Origin: Patescibacteria group bacterium
Lineage (GTDB): Bacteria; Patescibacteriota; Patescibacteriia; Buchananbacterales; SURF-54
Assembly (NCBI GenBank): GCA_018818885.1
Contig: JAHIRB010000040.1
Span: forward strand, 32,985 to 96,984
DNA: 64,000 nt
Reading direction: 5' to 3'
Shown: positions 9,624 to 18,594 of the stretch, piece by piece
Layout of the letters: each line of letters begins with the position of its first letter
Numbering within the stretch: the first letter of the stretch is position 1
Notes under the pieces: generated by a model
Seen by the model: the letters and a program-made list of their open reading frames with translations, nothing else
Told to the model about the DNA's origin: nothing
Databases searched by the model: none
Program-made: the position numbers and the translations under genes

Positions 9624-9725
9624 CTAGTACCTGTGTAGAAGACAAATGATAGTACGGAGAAATTGCCACCAAGACAATTCAGAAAGAAATTCTTCAATGG
9701 TTTGTTCATAAGGATAATGACACAT
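9624..9725 (-). CDS. Small orphan protein, 33 aa (MCHYPYEQTIEEFLSELSWWQFLRTIICLLHRY)
   Basis: GGGAG 9 nt upstream; ATG 1 nt after previous stop. Confidence 0.5.
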   Translation of the reverse strand: MCHYPYEQTIEEFLSELSWWQFLRTIICLLHRY

Positions 9726-9726
9726 A

Positions 9727-9873
9727 TTAATCGTCTCCCGTATCAGGTGCTAAAGTTGATCGTATCCCAAATTTTTCCTCATACTTTTTGAGCACCACAC
9801 GCGCCTGACCAATTTCTTCATCTGTAACATTGTGAAGACCAACCTCGTTTGTGTTTTCTGATTCTAAGTTCAT
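9727..9873 (-). CDS. Small acidic orphan protein, 48 aa (MNLESENTNEV...DTGDD)
   Basis: G-run SD (GGGGGGGAA) upstream of ATG. Confidence 0.55.
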   Translation of the reverse strand: MNLESENTNEVGLHNVTDEEIGQARVVLKKYEEKFGIRSTLAPDTGDD

Positions 9874-9946
9874 TTGTCAATTCCCCCCCAATTTTTTACC
9901 GCATTCCCAATTGATTACGTATTGCATCATCAAAATATTCAGTAGT

Positions 9947-10123
9947 TTATTCAAGATTTCTCTCATCGCTGAAAGCTTCACGAAGAAATCTCAGTGTTTC
10001 AGCAATTTTAGCCATTTTATCCATCATACTCTCTATACCAAGATGGCGCCGAATTTCTTCGTGAGTTTGTGCTGACTTATCACGTATGATTGTATTTATT
10101 ACATTTTCATCAACACTCATCAT
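9947..10123 (-). CDS. Small orphan protein, 58 aa (MMSVDENVINTIIRD...ERNLE)
   Basis: AAGGGAGGGG SD before tandem ATGs, just downstream of the MEMO1-like gene. Confidence 0.6.
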   Translation of the reverse strand: MMSVDENVINTIIRDKSAQTHEEIRRHLGIESMMDKMAKIAETLRFLREAFSDERNLE

Positions 10124-10152
10124 TGACCCCTCCCTTCAATATTTTAACCTAG

Positions 10153-10947
10153 TTAAAACTTAATATTTGCCACTAGGTAACCTACCCCAAACGGTCCCTC
10201 GTAAGACATTATTTCTACTTGATAATCAATATCTTTTAGTATGCCCATCAAAATAATAAATGACCTAAGGCCACATTCACCAGCTTGATTGATTAAGCCC
10301 TCATCTAAATTAATTAACCCTTTAACATCTCTATTTTCAATGAGATCAATTAATTTTCGATCAAATATTTTACCTTGTTTAGTGTAACCACCCGGAGCAT
10401 CTTTTGTCAAGCAATGAGAAAGATCTCCAGAAGCAATAACTGCTACACGTTTGTCATACCTACATATTTGATTATGTAGGTATAAACCAAACTTGTAATG
10501 ATCTTCTAAGCTAAGCATGGAAAATCCTACTGGAACTATTGGTACATCCTCTAAATGTTGTGTGAGATAGAATAATGGGACAGAAACTCCATGATCAACT
10601 CTTTCATCAGTAATTAAAGCCAAAGGAACAGATTTGTGATTTTCGTCGTGTGCTCGTATGCTCTGTATTAAAGAAAAGTCAGAATCAAATTTTAAACTAG
10701 TAGAAAAATCACCAAATTGCTCAAAGTCACACACAAATTTTGGTGCGATATTTATTGAAAACGCATCTTCTAAAATATTACCGTGCGGAGAAATAACTAC
10801 AATAGAATCTGGCCTTCTAACATAAAGTTCTTTTTCTAATTCCTCCATTGCAATTTTTGTTTTTTGGACAAGATCAAGATGCTTCTTACCAATGGTAGGA
10901 ATTAGTATTGGAGGATGAGGGGTTATACACGCGAATTCAAGTGACAT
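10153..10947 (-). CDS. amrB: AmmeMemoRadiSam protein B / MEMO1-LigB family
   Basis: PHPP, ISPH, DHG, ASGDLSH, ECG, YEGPFGVGY. Confidence 0.85.
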   Translation of the reverse strand: MSLEFACITPHPPILIPTIGKKHLDLVQKTKIAMEELEKELYVRRPDSIVVISPHGNILEDAFSINIAPKFVCDFEQFGDFSTSLKFDSDFSLIQSIRAHDENHKSVPLALITDERVDHGVSVPLFYLTQHLEDVPIVPVGFSMLSLEDHYKFGLYLHNQICRYDKRVAVIASGDLSHCLTKDAPGGYTKQGKIFDRKLIDLIENRDVKGLINLDEGLINQAGECGLRSFIILMGILKDIDYQVEIMSYEGPFGVGYLVANIKF

Positions 10948-11065
10948 AGTTAACTAATTACGTATTTATGCGAATATACATATTACTAATAATTTTTTAT
11001 TCGTATATTTGTATAGATTAGTAATTTGTAATTAATTATATATTATAATACTGATCTTGTTAATA

Positions 11066-11097
11066 TTGACAAAAATGAAAAAATTTGATAAATTATG
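11066..11097 (+). promoter_or_regulatory. Sigma70-type promoter for inserted two-gene unit
   Basis: TTGACA-17-TAAATT with extended TG; same 14-mer TTTGATAAATTATG as at 29840. Confidence 0.65.
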
Positions 11098-11138
11098 ATA
11101 AACTATTCGGATTATTGAGCAATTAAGGAGGGATTAAG

Positions 11139-11339
11139 ATGGGACAACGCCTAGAGCTCATGACGTCAGAAACAATATTGGATTGTGGTCATGGTACTCC
11201 ACAAATGTGTCCGGCACTAGTTGTGCTCAGTAATGGTGGAAAATGTAACCCGCCGCAAGCCGAAATGGTTTCTAGCCACACAGCTACAACAATTCCAAGC
11301 ACTTGTCCAAATAATCTTGATGAGAAGAAACTACAATAG
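11139..11339 (+). CDS. Small orphan protein, 66 aa, four Cys
   Basis: AAGGAGGG SD, own promoter. Confidence 0.7.
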   Translation: MGQRLELMTSETILDCGHGTPQMCPALVVLSNGGKCNPPQAEMVSSHTATTIPSTCPNNLDEKKLQ

Positions 11340-11353
11340 GGAGGGTAGCAAAA

Positions 11354-11779
11354 ATGTGCAAGATTCTTCATATCGAAGACGCTCCATTCACAAAAGATGA
11401 ACCATTTGCGGCATTCGTGGAAACAAACGCAGGGTGGATACGCGTAGAGAGAAGAAGCCATTATCAGACTTCACTGATCAAGGCGCTCTATGACTACTTT
11501 CTTCATCACGACTACCCTTTACCCATCATGTTCCTAAAAAACAACCTTCCGGGGATCCATATGACTTTGGCAGATCTCTTCGACGAGAACCCCAAAGAAA
11601 CCATTGAAATCATGGAAAAAATTTGCGACGACATGGCGACTAGAAAAAACACAACCGAGGATGTTGAGTATCTCGAAATTCTCGCTGAATCACTCGATTC
11701 CGAAAACGATTCCGAAAGATACTCTGTTCTATGCGCCAGGCTAAAAATCACTCATAGATTAATCATGGCCAGCGTTTAG
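11354..11779 (+). CDS. Orphan hypothetical protein, 141 aa
   Basis: GGGAGGG SD; followed by terminator. Confidence 0.75.
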   Translation: MCKILHIEDAPFTKDEPFAAFVETNAGWIRVERRSHYQTSLIKALYDYFLHHDYPLPIMFLKNNLPGIHMTLADLFDENPKETIEIMEKICDDMATRKNTTEDVEYLEILAESLDSENDSERYSVLCARLKITHRLIMASV

Positions 11780-11809
11780 CGATTCCATGAACGCACCAGA
11801 ACATCAAAA

Positions 11810-11848
11810 GCAGGCTCCTGCTAAATATGGAGCCTGCATTTTCTTTTT
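11810..11848 (+). terminator. Intrinsic terminator (likely bidirectional)
   Basis: GCAGGCTCC-10-GGAGCCTGC then ATTTTCTTTTT. Confidence 0.8.
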
Positions 11849-13202
11849 ACTCGATCACTTCGCCTAAAGGATGAATACCTACTGCATTAGGAGATGTAAT
11901 AATAATATTTCGCCAACTGTATCCTAAGCTTTCAAAAACATCACCAGAAATAATTGGTCGGCGCTTGCCCTCAGAGATTACATATACTGCTGGTTCATTC
12001 ATTGATTTAATTAACTCACCATCAGTAAATTTAACAGGGCTGCTGGTTAAGTAATTTTCTAATTCATCCGGGCTTACAGATGTTAATTCTTTGTTGCGAT
12101 ATTTTGCTAACCAAATTTCTTTTGAATAAATTGGATGTTTTAAGCCGTCTGCAACATAAAATATTCCGCCAGTTTTGTTGTCTTGCAGTAATGCTCCTGT
12201 TGGATAAACACTAGACATTGTAATAGGATCTCCTTTTTCTAAACTTTTTAGATCAGATTCTAAAACATTTTCTACTTCGTCCCAGTTATAGCCGATTGTT
12301 CTAAATACTTCCATAGAAGAGATGTGGCGTAGAGTATCATCAACTAATAAATAGACTGTTCCTGTTGGAATGCGGAGTAGGGAATAGTTAGCAAATTCAA
12401 TATCAGGACCTTTTGGATATATTTCTATGTCAGAACTAGCAACTGTAATAATCTTATTTACATCAAATCTTGAAAGCAAAACTGAGTAAGAGTCTATTCG
12501 TTTTCTTATACCATGGTGAATATACCAGACATCAGAATCACCAACCACTTGGAGCAAAGATCCGTCAGGATAAGTATAATCCCAGTAATCTTGCCAAATA
12601 CGCCAAAAGTTTTTATTGCCAGAAATGTGAGGTGTGTAATTGTACAAATTAGCAGTTGCTTGGTTAATTGGAGTAACGATATAAAAATCAACTTCTGAAG
12701 TTTTGCCTACTTGATAATTATATTCTGATGATTTTCTGATATATTTACGCATTATGGTAGCTAAAAAATGAACCTGAGTACCAAAACCCTTAAAGAAAGC
12801 AAGGTCAGGATCAGAAGAATTACAACTATCACACAAAGCGTAGCCAGTTGCCCAATCATAATTACGTTGTGTTGGATTTTTTCCTTCTATTAAACTTTGT
12901 TCTTTCTGCAGCATGGTAATTATGAATTTTGGACTAATTTGATTTTCACGCGATGCATCATAAATAATTTGAGCTACTGACTTTGTATGTCCTAAAAAGT
13001 TTGGAAAAGACATGTTAGCTAAAGTACTTTGTTTTGCTTCCAAAAAATTTTGAATGTCTACTAAAGATAGTGATTCATAATCAGTGAGTTCTTGGTCGGA
13101 AATTATGTAGTTTTGATCAAATATACTCGAAGCATTAATGAAACTAGGAAGGCTGATTCCTAGTATAGAGATGATAATAGTTGTTGAGATAATTTTTTTC
13201 AT
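11847..13202 (-). CDS. Secreted protein with putative cell-wall-hydrolase-like N-domain and four ~60-aa C-terminal repeats
   Basis: Signal peptide MKKIIST...; LQKEQSL and LYNYTPH motifs; repeated (Y/F)xxGxL..VY.I..G.K..I.S..vF...Gy.W units. Confidence 0.7.
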   Translation of the reverse strand: MKKIISTTIIISILGISLPSFINASSIFDQNYIISDQELTDYESLSLVDIQNFLEAKQSTLANMSFPNFLGHTKSVAQIIYDASRENQISPKFIITMLQKEQSLIEGKNPTQRNYDWATGYALCDSCNSSDPDLAFFKGFGTQVHFLATIMRKYIRKSSEYNYQVGKTSEVDFYIVTPINQATANLYNYTPHISGNKNFWRIWQDYWDYTYPDGSLLQVVGDSDVWYIHHGIRKRIDSYSVLLSRFDVNKIITVASSDIEIYPKGPDIEFANYSLLRIPTGTVYLLVDDTLRHISSMEVFRTIGYNWDEVENVLESDLKSLEKGDPITMSSVYPTGALLQDNKTGGIFYVADGLKHPIYSKEIWLAKYRNKELTSVSPDELENYLTSSPVKFTDGELIKSMNEPAVYVISEGKRRPIISGDVFESLGYSWRNIIITSPNAVGIHPLGEVIE

Positions 13203-13215
13203 GGTTGTCTTACTC

Positions 13216-13312
13216 GTCATTGCGAACGAAGTGAAGTCATGCCAGAGGCAGATCCGCCCCTGGCGGACAATCTCCTAGGGGATTGCTTCGTCTCTTCGAT
13301 CCTCGCAATGAC
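13216..13312. repeat. GTCATTGCGA...TCGCAATGAC palindromic REP-like element with 31-bp nested insert (13237-13267)
   Basis: Terminal inverted arms; removing the insert restores GAAGCAATC/GATTGCTTC arms. Confidence 0.85.
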
Positions 13313-13313
13313 A

Positions 13314-14339
13314 TTATATTAATACCCCGTCGATTATTGTTTTGCACTTTGAGCACTTCCCATTATCATCTAATCTATTAGTTTGATAAGCAAGTCGTTC
13401 AATAATTTTCTCGTTACATTTTGGACAATAAGTGATACTTGTTTCATTATCCATAATATTACCACTATACACATATTTTAGGCCAGCAGTTTTACCGATC
13501 TCTACTGCTTTCAAGATAGCTCTTTGAGATGTTTGTGGTGTATTGATCATTTTATAAGCAGAAGAAAAAGCAGTAACATGCCATGGAGTTTCAGAACCCA
13601 AATCGTTGTTAATAAAGTTGGCAATATTAGTTAGTTCTTCAATTGAATCATTCTGCTTTGGTATAATCAATGTAGTAACCTCAACCCACACACCTAGTTT
13701 TTTTAGCAGTCTTAAATTATTAAGAACAGGTAGTAGTTTTGCACCACAAATTTGCTGATAGGTAGTTTCTTTAAAAAATTTTAAATCTACATTCACAGCA
13801 TCCAAAAACTCAGCTACTTTTGTCAGCGCATCTGTAGAAGTATAACCATTGGTAACCCAAGTATTTTTTAAACCTTCTTTTTTTGCTAACTTCATGCAAT
13901 CTAAAGCAAACTCATAAAATACCGTTGGTTCAGTATAGGTATATGAAATTGATTGGCAGTTTGAATTTTTAGCTTCCTCAACAATCTGTTGTGGGGTAAC
14001 ATTTTCTCCGGGTAACTCATATTTATCGTAAAAAAAACCTTCTTTTGAACTCTGAGATATATCTGCATTCTGGCAATGCATGCACTTTAAATTACAACCA
14101 ACTGTGGCAATTGAGTATGATTGGCTTCCTGACAAGAAGTGATAAAATGGTTTTTTTTCGATAGGATCAACGTGTTGAGCAATAACCTTTCCATAAACCA
14201 AGGAGTATAGTATACCTTTTCTGTTTTCTCGTACACCGCAAAGTCCACGATGATTATCTGCTATCACGCATCCTTGGTTGCACAAAGTGCATTTGACTTT
14301 GTTATCATTAATTTTTTGAAAAAAATCTGCTTTTTTCAT
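13314..14339 (-). CDS. amrS: AmmeMemoRadiSam radical SAM enzyme
   Basis: CNLKCMHC (CxxxCxxC), DPIEKKP, YTYTEP; start MKKADFF preceded by TG-c-TAAAAT. Confidence 0.92.
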   Translation of the reverse strand: MKKADFFQKINDNKVKCTLCNQGCVIADNHRGLCGVRENRKGILYSLVYGKVIAQHVDPIEKKPFYHFLSGSQSYSIATVGCNLKCMHCQNADISQSSKEGFFYDKYELPGENVTPQQIVEEAKNSNCQSISYTYTEPTVFYEFALDCMKLAKKEGLKNTWVTNGYTSTDALTKVAEFLDAVNVDLKFFKETTYQQICGAKLLPVLNNLRLLKKLGVWVEVTTLIIPKQNDSIEELTNIANFINNDLGSETPWHVTAFSSAYKMINTPQTSQRAILKAVEIGKTAGLKYVYSGNIMDNETSITYCPKCNEKIIERLAYQTNRLDDNGKCSKCKTIIDGVLI

Positions 14340-14355
14340 ATAACTTAATTTTAGC

Positions 14356-14385
14356 AAAAAAAGAAGAGCCCACCAAGGTAGGCTC
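14356..14385 (-). terminator. Intrinsic terminator
   Basis: GAGCCTACC-tt-GGTGGGCTC then TTCTTTTTTT on minus. Confidence 0.75.
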
Positions 14386-14395
14386 AATGGTTCGC

Positions 14396-14557
14396 TCAAA
14401 CACTTAACATTTTGTGTAATCTGCTCAGGTCACGCCAGTTACAATATTCCTGCATTCCATCTAAAAAAGCTGAAAAATTGGTTCGATCTTCTTCTGACAT
14501 ATCAAAAAAACTGAATCCGCTATCACCCGTGTGACCGTTTCTTTCTATCATGCTCAT
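14396..14557 (-). CDS. Small orphan protein, 53 aa (MSMIERNGHTGDSGFSFFD...KMLSV), not in ORF track
   Basis: AAAGGAGGGG SD, TTGATT-17-TAAAAT promoter, terminator. Confidence 0.7.
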   Translation of the reverse strand: MSMIERNGHTGDSGFSFFDMSEEDRTNFSAFLDGMQEYCNWRDLSRLHKMLSV

Positions 14558-14578
14558 ATGCTACCCCTCCTTTCACTA

Positions 14579-14610
14579 TTGATTTTATAACAAAAAATTG
14601 ATAAAATCAA
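14579..14610. promoter_or_regulatory. Symmetric overlapping divergent promoter pair
   Basis: TTGATTTTAT-N12-ATAAAATCAA reads TTGATT-17-TAAAAT on both strands. Confidence 0.7.
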
Positions 14611-14614
14611 GTAT

Positions 14615-15167
14615 ATGCATGAGGAAAAAAAACGTATTTTTATTGCGATAAATCTACCACATCATACAAAACAAGAATTAATTCAATACATATCAAAAAT
14701 AAAAAAAATAAATTCATCACACAACTTCAAATATGTAAAACCAGAAGGTCAGCATCTCACGTTGCACTTTCTAGGATATCTGACTAATGATCAAATCGAA
14801 AAGGTCAAATTGATTTTATCAAAAGTGACACAAAACAAAATTTTCATTAACTACTAATGAGCTAGGGGGATTTCCAAACTTAGAAAAAAGCCACGTGGTT
14901 TTTATAGATTTTATTGGTGATATAAAAAAAGCACTTGATATACAAGGTGATCTAGGCCAAAAATTAGAAAAAGCAAATTTCGAAATTGATAAACGTAAAT
15001 GGAACGCCCATCTGACATTATGCAGAATAAAAAATGATGATCAGTTTCAAGTACCAGACTTCGCGGCACCCAAGATTGACTTTACAGTAGATTCAATTGA
15101 TCTTATGAAAAGCAAACTCACCCTCAGCGGAGCAGAGTATACAGTATTAGAAAGTTATAAAATATGA
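14615..15167 (+). pseudogene. thpR: RNA 2',3'-cyclic phosphodiesterase, frameshifted near 14831-14841
   Basis: RIFIAI start, one HLTL (HxT) motif in each of two frames; bridging LGGFPN in second frame. Confidence 0.85.
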
Positions 15168-15874
15168 TAAAAATCCTTGGAGTAAAAATTGATAACACAA
15201 CAAAATATCAAGCAATGCAAAAAATTGCATCTTTTTTAAAATCAGAAAAACAACATTACATTGTAACTCCAAATCCGGAATTTTTAGTAGCTGCGAATAA
15301 GGATAAAGAATTTAAAAAAGTTTTGAACAAGGCGGATCTTTCTTTGCCAGATGGTGTTGGGCTTGTATTCGCATCATTATTCAAAATTAAAGAACGTATT
15401 ACAGGTACAGATCTCATAGAGGATATTTGTAAGCATGCTGAAAAACATTGTTATACGATTTATCTATTAGGCGGAGAAAAAGATATAGCACATTTATCTT
15501 CCTGTAAACTACAAAAAAAATGCAAGAGATTGAAGATAGCTGGGTATCAAGACGGCATGACATCTGAAAGCACTAATCTTGATCATATCAATGTTGCACA
15601 ACCAGATATATTGTTTGTAGCGTTTGGACACATTAAACAGGAAAAATGGATTAAAGAAAATTTACATTCCCTTCCATCTGTAAAAATAGCAATTGGTATA
15701 GGCGGTGCATTTGATTATATTTCTGGTCGTGTTAATAGAGCCCCGGTTATAATGAGAGGATTGGGGTTGGAGTGGATGTATAGATTAGCTAAGCAACCCA
15801 AAAGAGCTAAAAGGATATATGACGCAGTAATTAAATTTCCAATTTTAGTAATTATTGATAAGATTAAACAATAA
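15164..15874 (+). CDS. WecB/TagA/CpsF family glycosyltransferase (GT26)
   Basis: VTPNPE, PDGVG, RITGTDL, KQEKWI, GIGGAFD, LEWMYRL. Confidence 0.93.
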   Translation: MIKILGVKIDNTTKYQAMQKIASFLKSEKQHYIVTPNPEFLVAANKDKEFKKVLNKADLSLPDGVGLVFASLFKIKERITGTDLIEDICKHAEKHCYTIYLLGGEKDIAHLSSCKLQKKCKRLKIAGYQDGMTSESTNLDHINVAQPDILFVAFGHIKQEKWIKENLHSLPSVKIAIGIGGAFDYISGRVNRAPVIMRGLGLEWMYRLAKQPKRAKRIYDAVIKFPILVIIDKIKQ

Positions 15875-15884
15875 CAACATAATT

Positions 15885-16391
15885 ATGAAAAGAATAATTA
15901 TTCTAATATTCGCACTATCATTAGTCGTAGCTGGCATTATCTATTGGATGTATCAATCAGATGATAGGACTAAGGTATGGAATGTATATCAAAATGTAGA
16001 ATATGGGTTCGAGATGAAGTATCCTAATGAAGTTTCAATTTCGTACATAAAAAGAGAGAATAAAATAATTTTTTCACACGAAAACGATGCAGGTATCCCA
16101 CTTTTTCGTATTGCGATTTTAAGTAGCGGTAATAATAATACAATTCCAAAAACAAGTAGTGATATTCAAAAGTTCAAAATTTCTAATATAGAATGTACAA
16201 AACACACTGAAGACTTTACCGATAAAACTGCTGTTTTTGAAAGAATTACTTATATCCTTTGTGATAGAGAAAGCGATAAGTTTAGTGTTTATTATTATAA
16301 GCCAGTTTATCAAGGGGGTAAACCAGTTGACCAAAAAGAATTAGATATCATATTTGAAAAAATGATATCAACCATAAAGTTTACTAAATAA
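15885..16391 (+). CDS. Membrane-anchored hypothetical protein (PsbP-like WxxYxNxxYGFxxKYP)
   Basis: N-terminal TM; WNVYQNVEYGFEMKYP; C-terminal STIKF. Confidence 0.75.
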   Translation: MKRIIILIFALSLVVAGIIYWMYQSDDRTKVWNVYQNVEYGFEMKYPNEVSISYIKRENKIIFSHENDAGIPLFRIAILSSGNNNTIPKTSSDIQKFKISNIECTKHTEDFTDKTAVFERITYILCDRESDKFSVYYYKPVYQGGKPVDQKELDIIFEKMISTIKFTK

Positions 16392-16397
16392 TATTTT

Positions 16398-17819
16398 ATG
16401 TCAAAAGTAATAACTCGCTTTCCACCAAGCCCAACAGGTTTTTTGCATGTTGGAAGCCTTAGAACAGCTTTATATAACTTCCTTTTTGCTAAAGCAAACA
16501 ATGGTAAGTTTTTATTGAGGATAGAAGATACAGATCAAAAGAGATTGGTTAAGGGTTCAGATAAAGATATTATGGATAGATTAAAATTATTTGGTTTATA
16601 TTATGATAATAAACCGTTCTATCAATCAAAGAGGTTGGATATTTATCAAAAAATAGCACATAAGCTAGTAGAAGAGGGGAAAGCATACTATTGTTTTTGT
16701 AAACCAGAACGACTTGAGAATCTACACCAGCAACAAAAAAATATGAAAAAGCCTACAATGTACGACGCCTTATGCTCAAAACTTAATAATCAACAAATAA
16801 AAGAAAAAATAGATGTTGGGAGAGCTCATGTCGTCAGATTAAGGATACCAAAAAACGAAACAATAGAATTTAATGATCTAATCCGCGGAAAAGTAAAGTT
16901 TGAAACCAATCTAATTGATGATCAAATCATACTAAAATCAGACGGATTTCCAACTTATCACTTAGCTTCTGTGGTTGATGATAACGAAATGGGTATTACA
17001 CACGTAATGCGCGGTGAAGAATGGCTTTCTTCTACTCCTAAACACATCATTTTATACAAGTTTTTAGGCTATAAACAACCTGAATTCGCTCATTTACCAT
17101 TACTTTTAAACCCAGACAGATCAAAACTCTCAAAACGAGTAGGGGATGTTTCTGTAAAAGACTACCTAGAAAAAGGATATCTTCCAGAAGCTTTACTTAA
17201 TTTTATTTTACTTTTAGGTTGGAACCCAGGTGATGAAAAAGAAATTTTTTCTCTTGACGAAATGATTAAGGAATTTGATGTCAAAAAAATCCATAAAGCT
17301 GGTGCTGTTTTTAATGTTGAAAAACTAGATTGGATTAATGGACATTACATTAGAAATACTAAACTTGGAGATTTGACAAAACTTGCAAAACCATACTACG
17401 AAAAAGCCAACATAAAAGCAGATGATAAATTCTTAGAAAAAGTAATCGCCACAGAACAAGAAAGGGTAAAAAGATTAGAAGAACTGCCCGAGTTGACTAG
17501 ATTCTTTTTTGAAGATATCAAATACGACAAAAAAATGCTAGTCTGGAAAAAGTCAACTGCTGACCAAACAAAAAAGAACTTGCGATCACTCCATGACTTT
17601 TTAGATAAATTACCAGAAAACAAATTCACTGCAGATACTTTAGAAAAGGAAATAATTGACTTTATCAAAAAGAATGATCTTGGGACAGGTGACGTCCTCT
17701 GGCCAATGCGTGTAGCCTTAACAGGCAAAGAAAAATCACCAGGACCCTTTGAGGTTGCTGGAGTTTTGGGGAAAGAGAAAGTTTTGGAGAGGATTAAAAA
17801 TGCGATTAAACTCTTCTAA
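16398..17819 (+). CDS. gltX: Glutamate--tRNA ligase
   Basis: RFPPSPTGFLHVG, LRIEDTD, KLSKR. Confidence 0.97.
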   Translation: MSKVITRFPPSPTGFLHVGSLRTALYNFLFAKANNGKFLLRIEDTDQKRLVKGSDKDIMDRLKLFGLYYDNKPFYQSKRLDIYQKIAHKLVEEGKAYYCFCKPERLENLHQQQKNMKKPTMYDALCSKLNNQQIKEKIDVGRAHVVRLRIPKNETIEFNDLIRGKVKFETNLIDDQIILKSDGFPTYHLASVVDDNEMGITHVMRGEEWLSSTPKHIILYKFLGYKQPEFAHLPLLLNPDRSKLSKRVGDVSVKDYLEKGYLPEALLNFILLLGWNPGDEKEIFSLDEMIKEFDVKKIHKAGAVFNVEKLDWINGHYIRNTKLGDLTKLAKPYYEKANIKADDKFLEKVIATEQERVKRLEELPELTRFFFEDIKYDKKMLVWKKSTADQTKKNLRSLHDFLDKLPENKFTADTLEKEIIDFIKKNDLGTGDVLWPMRVALTGKEKSPGPFEVAGVLGKEKVLERIKNAIKLF

Positions 17820-17821
17820 TC

Positions 17822-17911
17822 TTGTCATCCCGAGCTTGCCGAGGGATCCCACACCATACAATTGTCACAGTATGAGATCTCTCCACTCCTTACAGTCGGT
17901 CGAGATGACAA
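17822..17911. repeat. GTCATCCCGAGC...CGAGATGAC palindromic REP-like element
   Basis: Inverted arms; related partial copies at 25878-25947, 48484-48504, 63437-63457. Confidence 0.8.
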
Positions 17912-17918
17912 ATAGATT

Positions 17919-17953
17919 ATGAAAAATTCCTACACAAAACCTAACCAAAAAAT
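17919..17953 (+). repeat. Direct repeat copy 1 (truncated)
   Basis: TGAAAAATTCCTACACAAAACCTAAC identical over 26 nt to copy 2. Confidence 0.9.
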
Positions 17954-18511
17954 ATGAAAAAAGCATTATTAATAATTGATCTGCTCCAAGAATATTTTAA
18001 TAAAGGATTGTTAGCAGATCACAAACAAAAGCTAACCATATCTGTGAATGAACTTGTGGATACTGCGCACCAACAAAACATACCTGTAATCTGGGTACGA
18101 CAAGAATATAAAGCCGATCTTTCCGATGCGCCGTTGTACAATAAAAAACATAATAAACCTATAACCATTAAAGGTACTGATGGTTGCCAACTTTTGCCTG
18201 AGTTACATTACATAAAAGGTAATGATTATGAAATTATCAAAAAAAGGTATAGTGCTTTTTTCAAAACCGATTTAAATAAACTCCTCAAACAACTTCATAT
18301 CAACACTATTATTATAGCGGGAGTAAACACAATGACCTGCGTCCGTACAACTGCCATAGACGCCTATCAACATGATTATGAAGTTATACTCGCACTGGAC
18401 TGCGTGGATTCATATGATGTCGAACAACATAATAATTCAATTAAATATTTACAATATGCTGTTGCTTGCGGAAAACATAACAATGAAATGATTAAATTGA
18501 TGCAATCATAA
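17954..18511 (+). CDS. Isochorismatase/cysteine hydrolase family
   Basis: ALLIIDLL, KKRYSAF, GVNTMTCVRTTAIDA. Confidence 0.92.
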   Translation: MKKALLIIDLLQEYFNKGLLADHKQKLTISVNELVDTAHQQNIPVIWVRQEYKADLSDAPLYNKKHNKPITIKGTDGCQLLPELHYIKGNDYEIIKKRYSAFFKTDLNKLLKQLHINTIIIAGVNTMTCVRTTAIDAYQHDYEVILALDCVDSYDVEQHNNSIKYLQYAVACGKHNNEMIKLMQS

Positions 18512-18529
18512 CAATCCTTAAAAAAAGTT

Positions 18530-18579
18530 TGAAAAATTCCTACACAAAACCTAACAAAAAATTCTGGAAAAAGATGGTT
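18530..18579 (+). repeat. Direct repeat copy 2 (50 bp)
   Basis: 44/50 identical to copy 3 by manual alignment. Confidence 0.9.
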
Positions 18580-18594
18580 ATTGAATAATTAATT

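Noticed and set aside
9280-10075. Plus-strand ORFs 9280-9627 and 9851-10075
   Set aside because: No SD; antisense shadows of SD-bearing minus-strand microgenes
10153-14339. Complete AmmeMemoRadiSam triad as a novel system
   Set aside because: Known system; the AMMECR1-domain gene is not in this window
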